DNA from: Nanoarchaeum equitans Kin4-M
GTDB lineage: Archaea > Nanobdellota > Nanobdellia > Nanobdellales > Nanoarchaeaceae
Assembly (NCBI GenBank): GCA_000008085.1
Contig: AE017199.1
Span: forward strand, 420,001-452,000
Length of the DNA stretch: 32,000 bases
Direction of reading: 5' to 3'
Shown: positions 1-10,123 of the stretch, in pieces
How the letters are laid out: each line of letters opens with the position of its first letter
How positions within the stretch are numbered: position 1 is the first letter of the stretch
The notes under the pieces: generated by a model
Told to the model about the DNA's origin: nothing
What the model saw: the letters and a program-made list of their open reading frames with translations, nothing else
Database searches by the model: none
Translations under genes and position numbers: made by a program

Positions 1-414
1 GGGGCCGCAGATATAAATAGAGATTTAGCAGACATAAAAGCTATTATGGAAGAAGGACATGTCGCTGCTATTGGTATTGGAGAATCCTCTAGTGAGAATA
101 GACTAATAGAAGCAGTAACTAGGGCCATAAAACATCCATTGTTAGATGTAGATGTTAAGGGCGCCAAAGGTGCTTTAATCTATATAACAGCAGGGCCAGA
201 TTTTAAAATAGATGAACTAAAATCGTTGGAAACATTTGTTAAAAATAATTTAGACAGTAACGCCTATGTTAGCTGGGGTTTAAAAATAAGAGAAGACTTC
301 GGCGAAAAAGTAAGAGTAATAGCAATAGTTACTGGAGTAAAAAGCCCCTATATAATTGGTAAAGACTTTATATCAAGAAAAAAAGATGAGTATGGAATAG
401 ATAAAATTTTGTAA
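1..414 (+). CDS. ftsZ: Cell division protein FtsZ, C-terminal part (5' end cut by window edge)
   Basis: Frame is open from base 1 (GAADINRDLADIKAIMEEGHVAAIGIGES...); GxG/ENR...A...ALxxPLL motifs typical of the FtsZ C-terminal domain; stop at 412-414. Confidence 0.85.
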   Translation, partial: GAADINRDLADIKAIMEEGHVAAIGIGESSSENRLIEAVTRAIKHPLLDVDVKGAKGALIYITAGPDFKIDELKSLETFVKNNLDSNAYVSWGLKIREDFGEKVRVIAIVTGVKSPYIIGKDFISRKKDEYGIDKIL

Positions 415-471
415 AACCAGTTTAGCATAATTTTCGAGAATTTTGTTTGATTAAAACAAAACATTGTTGAA

Positions 472-483
472 ATATATTTAAAG
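472..483 (+). promoter_or_regulatory. TATA box for the CDC48 gene (probable leaderless transcript)
   Basis: atatatttaaag located about 20-30 nt upstream of ATG 503. Confidence 0.5.
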
Positions 484-502
484 AAAAGCTCTATTGTTGT
501 GT

Positions 503-2974
503 ATGTCCGAAGAAGGAATTAAACTAAAAGTAGCAGAAGCGTACCAAGAAGATGTATATTTAGGAAAAGTAAGAGTAGACTACGATGTTCTAGATAGATT
601 AGGATTGTCCCCCGGCGATATAATAGAAATAGAAGGAACCAGAAAAACCTATGCTATTGCTGATGTTTTATATCCAGAAGACCAAGGATTAGGTATAATA
701 AGGATGGATGGTGTAATAAGAAAAAATGCTGGTGTAGGTGTAGGAGAATATGTAATAGTTAGAAAACCACCAAAACCCCAAATAGCGAAAAAAGTAGTAT
801 TAGCCCCAGTAAAAAAGGAAGAACAAATAATCATTGACGAATACTATTTAAGGAATTTACTAAATGGCTTCGTAGTAACTAAAGGAGACTATGTAGTAGT
901 TAGGTTTGATAATTTAGGCTTCTTCATCGATTTTCTACCATTAAAAGAGATGTGGTTCAAAGTAGTTTCTACTAACCCACCAAAAGGCCCAGTAATAATA
1001 GGAAGAGATACAATAATTGAAATTAAACCAGGAGGAGTACAAGAAATACCAGAAGTAACTTACGAAGATATTGGGGGAATGAAAGATGTTATACAAAAGG
1101 TTAGGGAATTAGTTGAATTACCCTTAAGACATCCAGAGATATTTGAAAGGTTAGGCATAGAACCTCCAAAGGGAGTTCTATTATACGGGCCTCCAGGTAC
1201 AGGTAAAACATTATTAGCTAAAGCAGTAGCTAACGAGAGTGGAGCATATTTCATTAGCATAAATGGGCCTGAAATAGTAAGTAAATATGTTGGAGAGAGC
1301 GAAGCAAAATTAAGAGAAATATTCGAGGAAGCACAAAAGAATGCCCCTGCCATTATATTTATAGATGAAATAGACGCTATTGCTCCAAAAAGAGATGAAG
1401 CTGTTGGTGAAGTAGAAAGAAGGCTAGTAGCGCAATTGTTAACTCTAATGGACGGTCTTAAATCTAGAGGGAAAGTAATTGTTATCGCTGCTACAAATAG
1501 ACCTAATGCTTTAGACCCCGCTTTAAGAAGGCCCGGTAGATTCGATAGAGAAATAGAAGTACCTGTCCCAAATGAAGAAGCTAGGTATGAAATATTGAAA
1601 GTACATACTAGAAGAGTCCCATTGGGTAAAAGAGTAGTAGAAAAAGTAGATGGCAAAACAGTTGAAAAGTATGTGCCATTAACTAAAGAGGAGAAAGAAC
1701 AATTGTTAAGAAAATTAGCAGCAATGACGCATGGTTTCGTTGGGGCTGATTTGGCAGCCCTAGTTAAAGAAGCAGCTATGAACGCTATTAGAAGAGTAAT
1801 ACCAGACATATTAGCTTTAAAAGAAGAGAAATTGCCTAAAGAATTATTAGAAAAATTAATGGTTACTGAAGAAGACTTCAAAGAAGCATTAAAGATGGTT
1901 ACCCCTTCTGCGATGAGAGAATTCTATATAGAAATACCAAAGGTTAAATGGGAAGATATTGGTGGTTTAGAAGAAGTTAAACAAGAACTAAGAGAAACTG
2001 TCGAATGGCCCTTGAAATATAGAATAGAAGAATTGGGTATCAAACCTCCAAAAGGTGTTCTATTATATGGTCCTCCTGGAACTGGTAAAACATTGTTAGC
2101 TAAAGCTGCTGCTAGTGAAAGTGGGGCTAACTTTATTGCAGTCAAAGGACCAGAGATATTGAATAAATGGGTTGGTGAAAGCGAAAGAGCCATAAGAGAG
2201 ATATTTAGAAAGGCTAAACAAGCTGCTCCCGCTATTATATTTATAGATGAAATTGATGCCATTGCCCCAGCAAGGGGTAGCGATGTTAATAGAGTAACCG
2301 ATAGGATAGTAAACCAATTATTAACAGAAATGGATGGCATTACCGATAGGGGAGATGTTATTGTAATTGGCGCAACTAATAGACCAGATATATTAGATCC
2401 AGCATTGCTAAGACCTGGTAGGTTTGATAGGGTTATATATGTACCACCACCAGACAAAAAAGCTAGAGTAGAGATATTCAAAATACATGCTAGGAAAATA
2501 CCTAAAGACCCTGAGCTAAAAGAAAGATTTGAAGAGTTCAAGAAAAACTTAGAGAAACTAAAGGAAATAAAACCCGATATAGATATAGAAAAATACAAGA
2601 ACTTGTCATTAGAGGAAGCGTTAGAATTATATAAGAAATCCAAGGAATTTAGAGATATAGTAGATACAGTATTGTTCTATATACCATTGGCAGAAAAAAC
2701 TGAAGGATATACTGGAGCAGACATAGAAGCAGTAGTAAGAGAGGCTGTAATGTTAGCATTAAGAGAATTGTTCGAACAAGCTAAAAAAGAAAAATGGGAT
2801 GACAAGAAAATAAATGAAATGATTGGAAAACTAAAAGTTAAAATGAAACATTTCGAAAAAGCCTTAGAAAAAGTTGGACCAAGCGTAGATAAAGAAACTA
2901 TAAGAGCATACGAAGAGTTTGCCAAAAACTTTAGGAAAAGAATAAACAAAAAGAACAACCCCTACTTAGGATAA
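503..2974 (+). CDS. CDC48/VCP-type AAA+ ATPase with N domain and two AAA modules
   Basis: Two copies of [16 protein letters not shown] and [10 protein letters not shown](A)P Walker motifs, N-domain double-psi barrel-like start; ORF track starts at 494 (TTG), but the ATG at 503 fits a TATA-like element about 20-30 nt upstream. Confidence 0.95.
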   Translation: MSEEGIKLKVAEAYQEDVYLGKVRVDYDVLDRLGLSPGDIIEIEGTRKTYAIADVLYPEDQGLGIIRMDGVIRKNAGVGVGEYVIVRKPPKPQIAKKVVLAPVKKEEQIIIDEYYLRNLLNGFVVTKGDYVVVRFDNLGFFIDFLPLKEMWFKVVSTNPPKGPVIIGRDTIIEIKPGGVQEIPEVTYEDIGGMKDVIQKVRELVELPLRHPEIFERLGIEPPKGVLLYGPPGTGKTLLAKAVANESGAYFISINGPEIVSKYVGESEAKLREIFEEAQKNAPAIIFIDEIDAIAPKRDEAVGEVERRLVAQLLTLMDGLKSRGKVIVIAATNRPNALDPALRRPGRFDREIEVPVPNEEARYEILKVHTRRVPLGKRVVEKVDGKTVEKYVPLTKEEKEQLLRKLAAMTHGFVGADLAALVKEAAMNAIRRVIPDILALKEEKLPKELLEKLMVTEEDFKEALKMVTPSAMREFYIEIPKVKWEDIGGLEEVKQELRETVEWPLKYRIEELGIKPPKGVLLYGPPGTGKTLLAKAAASESGANFIAVKGPEILNKWVGESERAIREIFRKAKQAAPAIIFIDEIDAIAPARGSDVNRVTDRIVNQLLTEMDGITDRGDVIVIGATNRPDILDPALLRPGRFDRVIYVPPPDKKARVEIFKIHARKIPKDPELKERFEEFKKNLEKLKEIKPDIDIEKYKNLSLEEALELYKKSKEFRDIVDTVLFYIPLAEKTEGYTGADIEAVVREAVMLALRELFEQAKKEKWDDKKINEMIGKLKVKMKHFEKALEKVGPSVDKETIRAYEEFAKNFRKRINKKNNPYLG

Positions 2975-3477
2975 ATTTTTTCTTTTAGTTTATTGTATAT
3001 TTCTACTAACACGGCTTTTTCATTGTCCTTTAACATTTTGTATTCATCTTCTACTTGCTTCTCGTAGTATTTTTTATAAAATTCATTTAATACTGGAATT
3101 TTTATTTCAGGGTCTTTCTTTTTAGTATAATTTTTTATTGTAACAGAAATATCGCCCTTAGTATCATAACCATCAACTCTAATTTGTATATAGAAAGCAC
3201 TATATAGTTTGGCATTTCCTACGCTATCTCTATTGCCTTTTGTTAGAATACTAATTCTATAATATCTTTTGCCTTGAAAGACCATTTCTTTATATTCAAC
3301 AAATGGGATAGCCAATATAGGTTTTTGTTCTACCATTGATTTGCCCAAAGCGTTTTTCACTATATCTATCAAATCTTTTATCTCTATTGCGCCAGAAAAA
3401 TTCAAAGTATACTCATAATTCTTTTCCCAGCTCTCTAATTTGTTTAATATCTCTTCTATTAATTTAGAGGGAGACAA
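2962..3477 (-). CDS. Hypothetical protein (171 aa)
   Basis: ORF track; 14-nt overlap with the upstream gene and 13-nt tail-to-tail overlap with the CDC48 gene. Confidence 0.6.
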   Translation of the reverse strand: MSPSKLIEEILNKLESWEKNYEYTLNFSGAIEIKDLIDIVKNALGKSMVEQKPILAIPFVEYKEMVFQGKRYYRISILTKGNRDSVGNAKLYSAFYIQIRVDGYDTKGDISVTIKNYTKKKDPEIKIPVLNEFYKKYYEKQVEDEYKMLKDNEKAVLVEIYNKLKEKIYPK

Positions 3478-4315
3478 TTTGTTTTGCTATTTCTTTTAGC
3501 TCGTGCAACTTAGATTCATATTCGGCAAACTTTTTATAAAATACTTCTATATACTTTTTAAGTTTTGTTATTTTTTCATTGGCGTTGCTTAGGGAATATA
3601 ATATAGCATCTATTTCGCTTAAGGATTGGACAACAAATATGCCTTTAGTTTTTAGTATGTTTGGCTCTGCTTTAACCTCTTTGGCATGGAATATCTTTAT
3701 ATTTGGGCTTATTCCTAATAATTCTAATTTTCCTAAAAAGGTTGCAATTTTTTCATTATCCAATATATCGCTATATAATACTACATATACTGGTACACCC
3801 ATCACTATTTTCTTACCTATAGTTAAGCCATCTTTCTTTATTATTGTATATCCATGCTTTGTTAATATACCTTCGATATCGTTTTTAGGTTCTACTTTTG
3901 GTTCTTCTTTCTTTTGTTCCAAATCTATGTTAAAATTAATCTTTTTCCTTACCCCAATAGGAATTATTTCATTTAACCTATCTAATTCAAATTCCTTATC
4001 TAATGCCCTTAGTTTAATGGGTATAACCAAAAAATAGTCTCCTTCAGGCATCTTATTTAAGTATATGTCAGAAATTGTATTCTCTATTATAGTTACATGC
4101 CCTTCATATTTGTTGCTCTTTTCATCAAATACATATACTGCTATATCCGCTACCAATGGTTCGTCATTAAATAACTCTTTTAGCAAATCTCCAAGTTTTT
4201 TACCTTTTACTTTTACATTATCTAGTATTGCTTGCAATAGTTGGTCTTTGTTTGATGGGGTTATATAAAAGGAATCCTCAACTTGGCCTTTCTCTTTGGC
4301 CCTAATTAAGAACAT
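3464..4315 (-). CDS. Hypothetical protein (283 aa), C-terminal helical region
   Basis: Long ORF overlapping the next one by 14 nt, arranged like an operon. Confidence 0.6.
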   Translation of the reverse strand: MFLIRAKEKGQVEDSFYITPSNKDQLLQAILDNVKVKGKKLGDLLKELFNDEPLVADIAVYVFDEKSNKYEGHVTIIENTISDIYLNKMPEGDYFLVIPIKLRALDKEFELDRLNEIIPIGVRKKINFNIDLEQKKEEPKVEPKNDIEGILTKHGYTIIKKDGLTIGKKIVMGVPVYVVLYSDILDNEKIATFLGKLELLGISPNIKIFHAKEVKAEPNILKTKGIFVVQSLSEIDAILYSLSNANEKITKLKKYIEVFYKKFAEYESKLHELKEIAKQIVSL

Positions 4316-4349
4316 GATAGAAATTGCTTAAACATTTAATAAGTGTTTT

Positions 4350-4703
4350 TTATTTACTAATCAATAGATAATCTTCTTTTGGTATTATTTTTATATGGCC
4401 TTTTCCTATCCCTACTATTTTTATTGGGGTTTTCCCTTGGTAATAGAAATTTCCACAATATACTAACAAACTATTAGTTTTACCATGTATGGTGCAATCT
4501 CCTAAATCAGTTTCTATAGCTTTACCAGTTTTATTAACATATAAAGCCAAAGCGTTTATTCGATAAAAATTAGCAATAGCCAAATTTTTTTGAACATCAT
4601 TAGATATAGTTTTTAGCACATTAATTAGATGGTAAACAACATTGATAGCAGTAGCCCCAACTAGGGCGTAAAAGACTAATGTAAATATACTGCTACGCCT
4701 CAA
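4350..4703 (-). CDS. Hypothetical small protein with one N-terminal TM segment
   Basis: ORF with hydrophobic N-terminus (SSIFTLVFYALVGATAINVVYHLI), overlapping the end of the S4e gene by 11 nt. Confidence 0.55.
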   Translation of the reverse strand: MRRSSIFTLVFYALVGATAINVVYHLINVLKTISNDVQKNLAIANFYRINALALYVNKTGKAIETDLGDCTIHGKTNSLLVYCGNFYYQGKTPIKIVGIGKGHIKIIPKEDYLLISK

Positions 4704-5397
4704 AATTTTCTGGGACTGGAATTATATTGTCTAACCATGTCTCTCCTACTTCGCCTGCAACTTCTAATCGTACTATGTTTGGCCAGGGCATGTCTGTTTT
4801 TATTACTTCTTTTATTACTCCAATCCTACCAGTGTGCTTTCCTCTTATTATATAAGCTTTTCTGTCCTTTTCCAATGGAATTACTTCTCTAATTTTGAAA
4901 TTCGGAATTTCATATACTACACCATAGTGAGTTTTATATGAATTATCTCCTAAAAATGTTCTACCATCTGTTAAAGTGTATTGTATTTTTCCTCCCCTAA
5001 CACTAACTTTTCTTATTATTTTGCCATATTTTATGTTTGCTTCCTCTTTATCTATTTTTTTCAAATAAAGTTTTCCCCTTTCATCTAGCAAAACTCTATA
5101 ATACTCGTTAATTTCAGGGATAGCTAGTACATCAAACAATCCTACTGGGAATTTATAATCCTTTATTGGTCTCCCATCTACTAATACTTTGCCATTGTTT
5201 AACAAATATCTAACTTCTCTCATGTTTTCTGCCAATCCTAAATAATCTCTAAGCCAAACAGCGATAGGCATTGCAAACTCTTTAGAATGGGGACCAGGAG
5301 ATGGTTTAACGATCCAATAACCCCTACTCTTTCTAGGGACTGGCCAAGTTCTTGGTACAGCTAAGCTTCTTAGATGTCTCTTAATATAGGTGGGCAT
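4693..5397 (-). CDS. rps4e: 30S ribosomal protein S4e
   Basis: MPTYIKRHLRSLAVPRTWPVPRKSRGYWIVKPSPGPHSKEFAMPIAVWLRDYLGLA... characteristic S4e sequence, including S4 and KOW-like regions. Confidence 0.96.
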   Translation of the reverse strand: MPTYIKRHLRSLAVPRTWPVPRKSRGYWIVKPSPGPHSKEFAMPIAVWLRDYLGLAENMREVRYLLNNGKVLVDGRPIKDYKFPVGLFDVLAIPEINEYYRVLLDERGKLYLKKIDKEEANIKYGKIIRKVSVRGGKIQYTLTDGRTFLGDNSYKTHYGVVYEIPNFKIREVIPLEKDRKAYIIRGKHTGRIGVIKEVIKTDMPWPNIVRLEVAGEVGETWLDNIIPVPENFEA

Positions 5398-5419
5398 TTA
5401 GGAAAATTTGTTATCCTAT

Positions 5420-6943
5420 TTATAAATTTAGGTTTTCCATAATAATCTCGAACCCGCTTACGGGGAAAACGATACCATATTTTTCTAACACATTGGGGTC
5501 TATTTCTCCAGCATAGGCCTTAAATTTATCATTAACAAATTCTGCTGTTCTACCTTCTAAAAAGTATTTATGTTTCCCTTCTTTTATTTCGTAATTAATA
5601 CCTAACTCTTTTAATAGGAAAGCTAATTTTGATGCTGCTTTATTGTAATCACTATCCTCTGAAAGAGACAAATATACTATACTCCAATATGGTTTTTCTC
5701 TATATATTCTACCAAATTCAAATATTTCTATAGGGGCTTTATATTGATTGTTTGCCAAAAACTTTAATAATGGGTGTATTAAGCTGTCTCTTAGATAGGA
5801 ATAATTAGAACTAACTGGATTCTTTATTGGGATTATTCCTTTGTCTGTTAAAGCAATGGTATAAACTTCTGTGGCTCCTAAGCCCAACAATAATTTTCTT
5901 ATATCATTATATAATTGTATTGTTTTATTGAATTGCCCATGTGATTTGTATTCTTGGTAAGGCAAATAATCGTATCCTTTAATTATCATATAATCCTCAG
6001 CTATGTCTGTGAAATCATATATATCAAACCTATAGGTTAACCAACTAACTTTATTACCGTCTATGTCATATCTTGCTTTTCTTAATAGTTCGGGTTCAAC
6101 TTTTATACCTAACCAATCTTCAATGTCTTTCCAATTTACTTCCATTGTTCTTTTTTCTATTTTATATACTTTCTCTTCGTTGTTTTTTATTATTTTAACT
6201 GTTTCAGCATACTCAGCTATTTCTAATAGGTTAGCAACTATTGCGTTTAACGTTCTATGAACTCTTCTTTCATCTATACCTGTCACATCTATAAACAAAT
6301 CGGTTGTATCTTCTCTAATTCTACCAACTGTATTAGAATTTATTATTGGGGGGAAACTCAATATTTTCCCTTCGCTATCCATTAATACTTCATAATATTT
6401 AACTAAATGTTTATATTTTTTGCCTTTTTCCGTTTCAAGTATTTCCTTTAAAGTTAGCTCTTTGTTATAGCCTAATGGAACAAACTTTGTATTGGGATCT
6501 ACTTCTTTATAATACAAGGGGAATTTTATCATTTTGAAATTATGTATCCCAATCGCAACATATTTTCTATCTCTCCCATAGTTTTTTGCTAAGGTTTCTT
6601 GCATTTGTATTATGTATTTCAATGTTTCTTTATCCATTGATACATTTCTTACTACTGCGGCTGCGACATATGGTCTATTCCTAGAATAATTGTATAAAAC
6701 ATAATTTCCTTCTTTTATCTTATAGTCTGGCAAGCCCTCTTCTATTCCTTTTATTCCTTTTAGCTCTCTTGCTATCCCAAAAACGCTCCATAAGTCTATT
6801 CTTTCTGTGTCTTTGACTTCGATTTTCCAGATATTTCCATCAATGCTGTCTAATTCTGCTTTGATTTTTGGCAAATCCTCTATTTCTAAATCTAAATCAA
6901 ATTTGTCCTTAAGATATTTGGTGTCTATAGAAATAATGGGCAT
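5420..6943 (-). CDS. pheT: Phenylalanyl-tRNA synthetase beta subunit (archaeal type)
   Basis: B3/B4-like and B5 regions, [26 protein letters not shown]-terminal core-like domain [11 protein letters not shown]. Confidence 0.93.
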   Translation of the reverse strand: MPIISIDTKYLKDKFDLDLEIEDLPKIKAELDSIDGNIWKIEVKDTERIDLWSVFGIARELKGIKGIEEGLPDYKIKEGNYVLYNYSRNRPYVAAAVVRNVSMDKETLKYIIQMQETLAKNYGRDRKYVAIGIHNFKMIKFPLYYKEVDPNTKFVPLGYNKELTLKEILETEKGKKYKHLVKYYEVLMDSEGKILSFPPIINSNTVGRIREDTTDLFIDVTGIDERRVHRTLNAIVANLLEIAEYAETVKIIKNNEEKVYKIEKRTMEVNWKDIEDWLGIKVEPELLRKARYDIDGNKVSWLTYRFDIYDFTDIAEDYMIIKGYDYLPYQEYKSHGQFNKTIQLYNDIRKLLLGLGATEVYTIALTDKGIIPIKNPVSSNYSYLRDSLIHPLLKFLANNQYKAPIEIFEFGRIYREKPYWSIVYLSLSEDSDYNKAASKLAFLLKELGINYEIKEGKHKYFLEGRTAEFVNDKFKAYAGEIDPNVLEKYGIVFPVSGFEIIMENLNL

Positions 6944-6993
6944 ATATTTCGGTATCGATATTATTTATAAACACACTATTGATATTTTCAACA

Positions 6994-7401
6994 ATGGCTA
7001 AGGAATTCAGATACAAGGGATATACTTTACAAGAATTAGAGCAAATGTCTTTAGAGGAATTAGCTAAAATAATGCCTGCAAGGCAAAGGAGAACCTTATT
7101 GAGAAGGCTAAAGTTTGGATGGAGTGACCAACAAAAGAAGCTATTCAAGAAAATATTGTTAGCAAAAGAAGGTAAATACAAAAAACCAATAAAAACCCAC
7201 GCTAGAAACACAATAATATTGCCATTTATGGTTGGTGTTACAGTACATGTCTACAATGGAAAAGAATATGTCCCAGTTCAAATAAAACCAGAGATGATAG
7301 GCCATTATTTAGGGGAATTCAGCTTTACTACTAAGAGACCCAAGCACAGCGCCCCAGGTATAGGTGCAACAAGGTCTAGCGCGCACGTATCTAAGAAGTA
7401 A
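6994..7401 (+). CDS. rpsS: 30S ribosomal protein S19
   Basis: RRTLLRRL...[69 protein letters not shown]; ATG at 6994 is preferred over the track start at 6979. Confidence 0.96.
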   Translation: MAKEFRYKGYTLQELEQMSLEELAKIMPARQRRTLLRRLKFGWSDQQKKLFKKILLAKEGKYKKPIKTHARNTIILPFMVGVTVHVYNGKEYVPVQIKPEMIGHYLGEFSFTTKRPKHSAPGIGATRSSAHVSKK

Positions 7402-7432
7402 AATTTTTTAAATAATATTTTTATCCAACTCT

Positions 7433-7506
7433 GGGCCCGTAGCTCAGCTTGGTAGAGCGGCGGCCTCCTAAGCCGTAGGTCGCGGGTTCGAATCCCGCCG
7501 GGCCCG
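7433..7506 (+). tRNA. tRNA-Arg (anticodon CCU), no intron, no encoded CCA
   Basis: Cloverleaf: acceptor GGGCCCG/CGGGCCC, D stem GCTC/GAGC, anticodon arm GCGGC-CTCCTAA-GCCGT, T arm GCGGG-TTCGAAT-CCCGC, discriminator G; AT-rich promoter just upstream. Confidence 0.96.
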
Positions 7507-7539
7507 GAATATTTTTAAACTCTTATATAAATATACGCT

Positions 7540-7599
7540 GCCCCGCTTGCCATGGTCGGCATGACAAAAAATGAATGCCGATCCTCCGGCGGGGCTACA
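7540..7599 (+). ncRNA. Candidate archaeal H/ACA-box guide RNA (single hairpin with kink-turn loop)
   Basis: Lower stem GCCCCGC/GCGGGGC (7540-7546/7589-7595), pocket strands TTGCCATGG and TCCTCCG, upper stem TCGGCAT/ATGCCGA (7556-7562/7575-7581), terminal loop GAC-AAAAAA-TGA able to form sheared G.A/A.G kink-turn pairs, ACA at 7597-7599 exactly 15 nt after the upper stem; TATA-like ttttaaa/tataaat upstream. Confidence 0.75.
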
Positions 7600-8287
7600 T
7601 TTGTTTCGCTAATAAATAAGTTTCCAAATATTTTTTCATCTTTTCCGCGATCTCTTTATCGATTTTTTCTATTTCTTCTATAGAGATTTCTTCAGGGGAT
7701 TTAAACTCTATTATATCTGGTATCTCGGCATCTGGTTTTAGTATTGTAACATGTATGCCTGCTACACCAGGTTTCAAATATGCTATGTTAAATGCCCTAT
7801 CCAATTCGAATTGGCCTATTGTTCCGGTTTTTCTTAGATTGCCGGCTTTGAAACGCCATGTTTTCCCTCTTTGTCCGGATAGCCTACCAGCAATTACTAT
7901 CTCTGCTCCTATAGCACCAGCATTCATTATTGTTTCTAAATATCTTTGTGCTAACCTTCTATAGGCTCTTATGTTTCTTTCTATACCCATGGCTAACCTT
8001 TCAGCAATGACATGTGCATCTAAATTGGGATTTTCTATGGGTAATACTTCTATTACTGGTTTTTCTAACCCGAATTTCAATTCTAATAGTTTAGCCAAAT
8101 GGGCTTTTCTCTCTTCACTAATCATCTTTGGTCTGGCAGAATAAATTATTACTCTATTAACTATAGGGGTTTGTCTTATTATTACTTTAGATACATTAGC
8201 GCCCCTTAAGTATAGCCTAATAAATTCCTGGCTAAATACTGTAAGTTTTGCATTTTGGATGAATTTCCTAATAACTTTGGATGCCAT
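7595..8287 (-). CDS. rpsC: 30S ribosomal protein S3
   Basis: MASKVIRKFIQNAKLTVFSQEFIRLYLRGANVSKVIIRQTPIVNRVIIYSARP...; GAIGAEIVIAGRLSGQRGKTWRFKAG S3 signature. Met-7 of the track ORF (start 8305) is chosen as start. Confidence 0.94.
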   Translation of the reverse strand: MASKVIRKFIQNAKLTVFSQEFIRLYLRGANVSKVIIRQTPIVNRVIIYSARPKMISEERKAHLAKLLELKFGLEKPVIEVLPIENPNLDAHVIAERLAMGIERNIRAYRRLAQRYLETIMNAGAIGAEIVIAGRLSGQRGKTWRFKAGNLRKTGTIGQFELDRAFNIAYLKPGVAGIHVTILKPDAEIPDIIEFKSPEEISIEEIEKIDKEIAEKMKKYLETYLLAKQM

Positions 8288-8381
8288 TTGTAAAGCTTTT
8301 TGCAATATTTTATAAATTCACACCTGTTATTACCACTATCTCTTAATAAACATTTTTAAATAATAGATATATTTTTTACCT

Positions 8382-8801
8382 GTGCCAACTTCTAAACAGA
8401 TTATAAATAAAAAGCAAGATGAGGTTAGTGACATTTATGGAAAGGAAATGATTAGAGTAATTAGATCCCTGTTAAAGCATAAGATTATTGATACAGAAAG
8501 TCTATCCAAAAAAACAGGTTATAGCATAAACACAGTAAGGAGAGCATTGTATACATTACAAAAAATGGGTATAGTTCGTTACATAAATAAAGAAGACAAA
8601 ACCCTATGGCAATTGTTAGAAACCGATTATGAGAAAATACTAGATACTCTGTTAGAGCCATACAAAAAAGAAGAAAAAGCCGAAACAGGAGAATTATTAT
8701 TTATATGTCCAAAGTGCGGTAGGAAATATACATTAGACGAAGCAGAGATGTACGAATTTAGATGTCCTGAAGACGGAACTCTTTTGGTTGCGAACCAATG
8801 A
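8382..8801 (+). CDS. tfe: Transcription initiation factor TFE alpha-like (winged helix plus zinc ribbon)
   Basis: Winged helix (LSKKTGYSINTVRRALYTLQKMGIVRY) followed by CPKCGRKYTLDEAEMYEFRCPEDGTLL zinc ribbon. Confidence 0.82.
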   Translation: MPTSKQIINKKQDEVSDIYGKEMIRVIRSLLKHKIIDTESLSKKTGYSINTVRRALYTLQKMGIVRYINKEDKTLWQLLETDYEKILDTLLEPYKKEEKAETGELLFICPKCGRKYTLDEAEMYEFRCPEDGTLLVANQ

Positions 8802-9103
8802 ACAAAATTCTTGCTGCTTTAAGCTATTTAAATATTTTTCTTTGGATAATTATTTATTCTTTGTTTAAGGACGACCCTTATATTAATAGCCATTTAAAAT
8901 ACGCATTAATAGTAAACCTGATAGGAATAATACAATTTCTATTAGGAATAAGCGGTTTATATTTTGTTTCTTACCCCTTATTGATATTTTATCTAATTAT
9001 TTTAATTTATGGAATAGTTAATGCTTTGTTAGGAAATGATAGCCCGGAATATTTGCAAAAATTGTATGAGCCATTTTCTAATTATTTGGATCAATATTTT
9101 TAA
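8798..9103 (+). CDS. Small membrane protein, about three TM segments
   Basis: 101-aa hydrophobic ORF overlapping the tfe stop by 4 nt; general resemblance to DUF4870-like proteins. Confidence 0.6.
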   Translation: MNKILAALSYLNIFLWIIIYSLFKDDPYINSHLKYALIVNLIGIIQFLLGISGLYFVSYPLLIFYLIILIYGIVNALLGNDSPEYLQKLYEPFSNYLDQYF

Positions 9104-9154
9104 CTAAAAGGTTGTTAATAAATAAATATAAATAAAAAGGGAGAAACGAATTAA

Positions 9155-9667
9155 ATGAGCTTCAACCTAAATATTCCATTTGGTAAAAAAAGAAAAGAAG
9201 AAGAAAATTTAATGTCAATGAAAGATGATATATTTGCAGAGCACAATATGCCAGTGCAACCACCACAACCCCCACAGCAGCCAATGCCAATGCAACAATT
9301 GCCCCAACCACAAATGGAAGAAAATTTAGATGAAAAAATTAATGAATTAATAGAGAAATACTTAGAAGAAAAGTGGGAAGTTGTTTCGCAATTCTTACAA
9401 GATTTAAAGGCATGGAAATTAAGTGTGGACAAAGAAATTAAATCTCTAAAAGAAGAAGTAGAAAAATTAAAAGCCAGGGTTGATGAAATAGAGAATGGTT
9501 CTCAACAAAAGTTAAATGAAGTAGCAAGAAGTATAATGGATCTAAGCGCAGATATAAAGGCGATGGAAAGAGTATTACAACAAATGTTGCCAGACTTGGT
9601 TAGCTCTGTTAGAGAGTTAAGCAAAATAGTTTCAGAACTAAAAAGTATAAAAAATAGCCAACTATAG
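9155..9667 (+). CDS. Coiled-coil protein with Pro/Gln/Met-rich linker
   Basis: 170-aa ORF: basic N-terminus, PVQPPQPPQQPMPMQQLPQPQ tract, then a long heptad-like helix; TATA-like aaatataaataaaaag upstream. Confidence 0.65.
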   Translation: MSFNLNIPFGKKRKEEENLMSMKDDIFAEHNMPVQPPQPPQQPMPMQQLPQPQMEENLDEKINELIEKYLEEKWEVVSQFLQDLKAWKLSVDKEIKSLKEEVEKLKARVDEIENGSQQKLNEVARSIMDLSADIKAMERVLQQMLPDLVSSVRELSKIVSELKSIKNSQL

Positions 9668-10123
9668 AAAATATCTAAAATCGTATTGGCTTTTGTTTAT
9701 TGGTTCTTTCCATATATCTCTTTTCCTAGCAAATAGCTCTCTTAATTGGGGTTCTTTCTCTTTATAGAATTCTAGCAATTCATTGATTGTTTGTTTTAAA
9801 TAATCTATATCTTTAAAATATAAGCCATACTTTATTGCTCTTGAATAATAGGAAGCAAGCCTGTATAGTTCTAATAACCATTCAATGTCTTTATTGCTAA
9901 AAGCCCTTAGCTCATGTATTACCGATATCTCTTCTGAAGGCAATAAAATTGTTTCTATTTCATCTATTATTATGTCTATTTTGCTATTGGCCCTCCTAGC
10001 TAATGTTAAAACCAAAATTTTTTCGTCTTCTTTTGCTAATTCTATTTCGTCCGCATCCAAATAGCGAACTGCTATTTCCCAGTTTTTTAAATATTTTTCA
10101 TAAATCTCTTTCGTTAGCTTCAT
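9662..10123 (-). CDS. Hypothetical helical protein (153 aa)
   Basis: ORF track; 6-nt tail-to-tail overlap with the preceding gene, abuts the antiporter gene. Confidence 0.55.
   Translation of the reverse strand: MKLTKEIYEKYLKNWEIAVRYLDADEIELAKEDEKILVLTLARRANSKIDIIIDEIETILLPSEEISVIHELRAFSNKDIEWLLELYRLASYYSRAIKYGLYFKDIDYLKQTINELLEFYKEKEPQLRELFARKRDIWKEPINKSQYDFRYFL

Noticed and set aside
649-2958. Minus-strand ORFs antisense to the CDC48 gene
   Set aside because: Shadow frames of a strongly conserved coding gene; low-complexity Ser/Asn/Leu composition.
9204-9430. Minus-strand Cys/Gly-rich ORF 9151-9432 (CCIGIGCCGGCGGCTG)
   Set aside because: Antisense translation of the PQM-rich tract; overlaps a better supported plus-strand gene.
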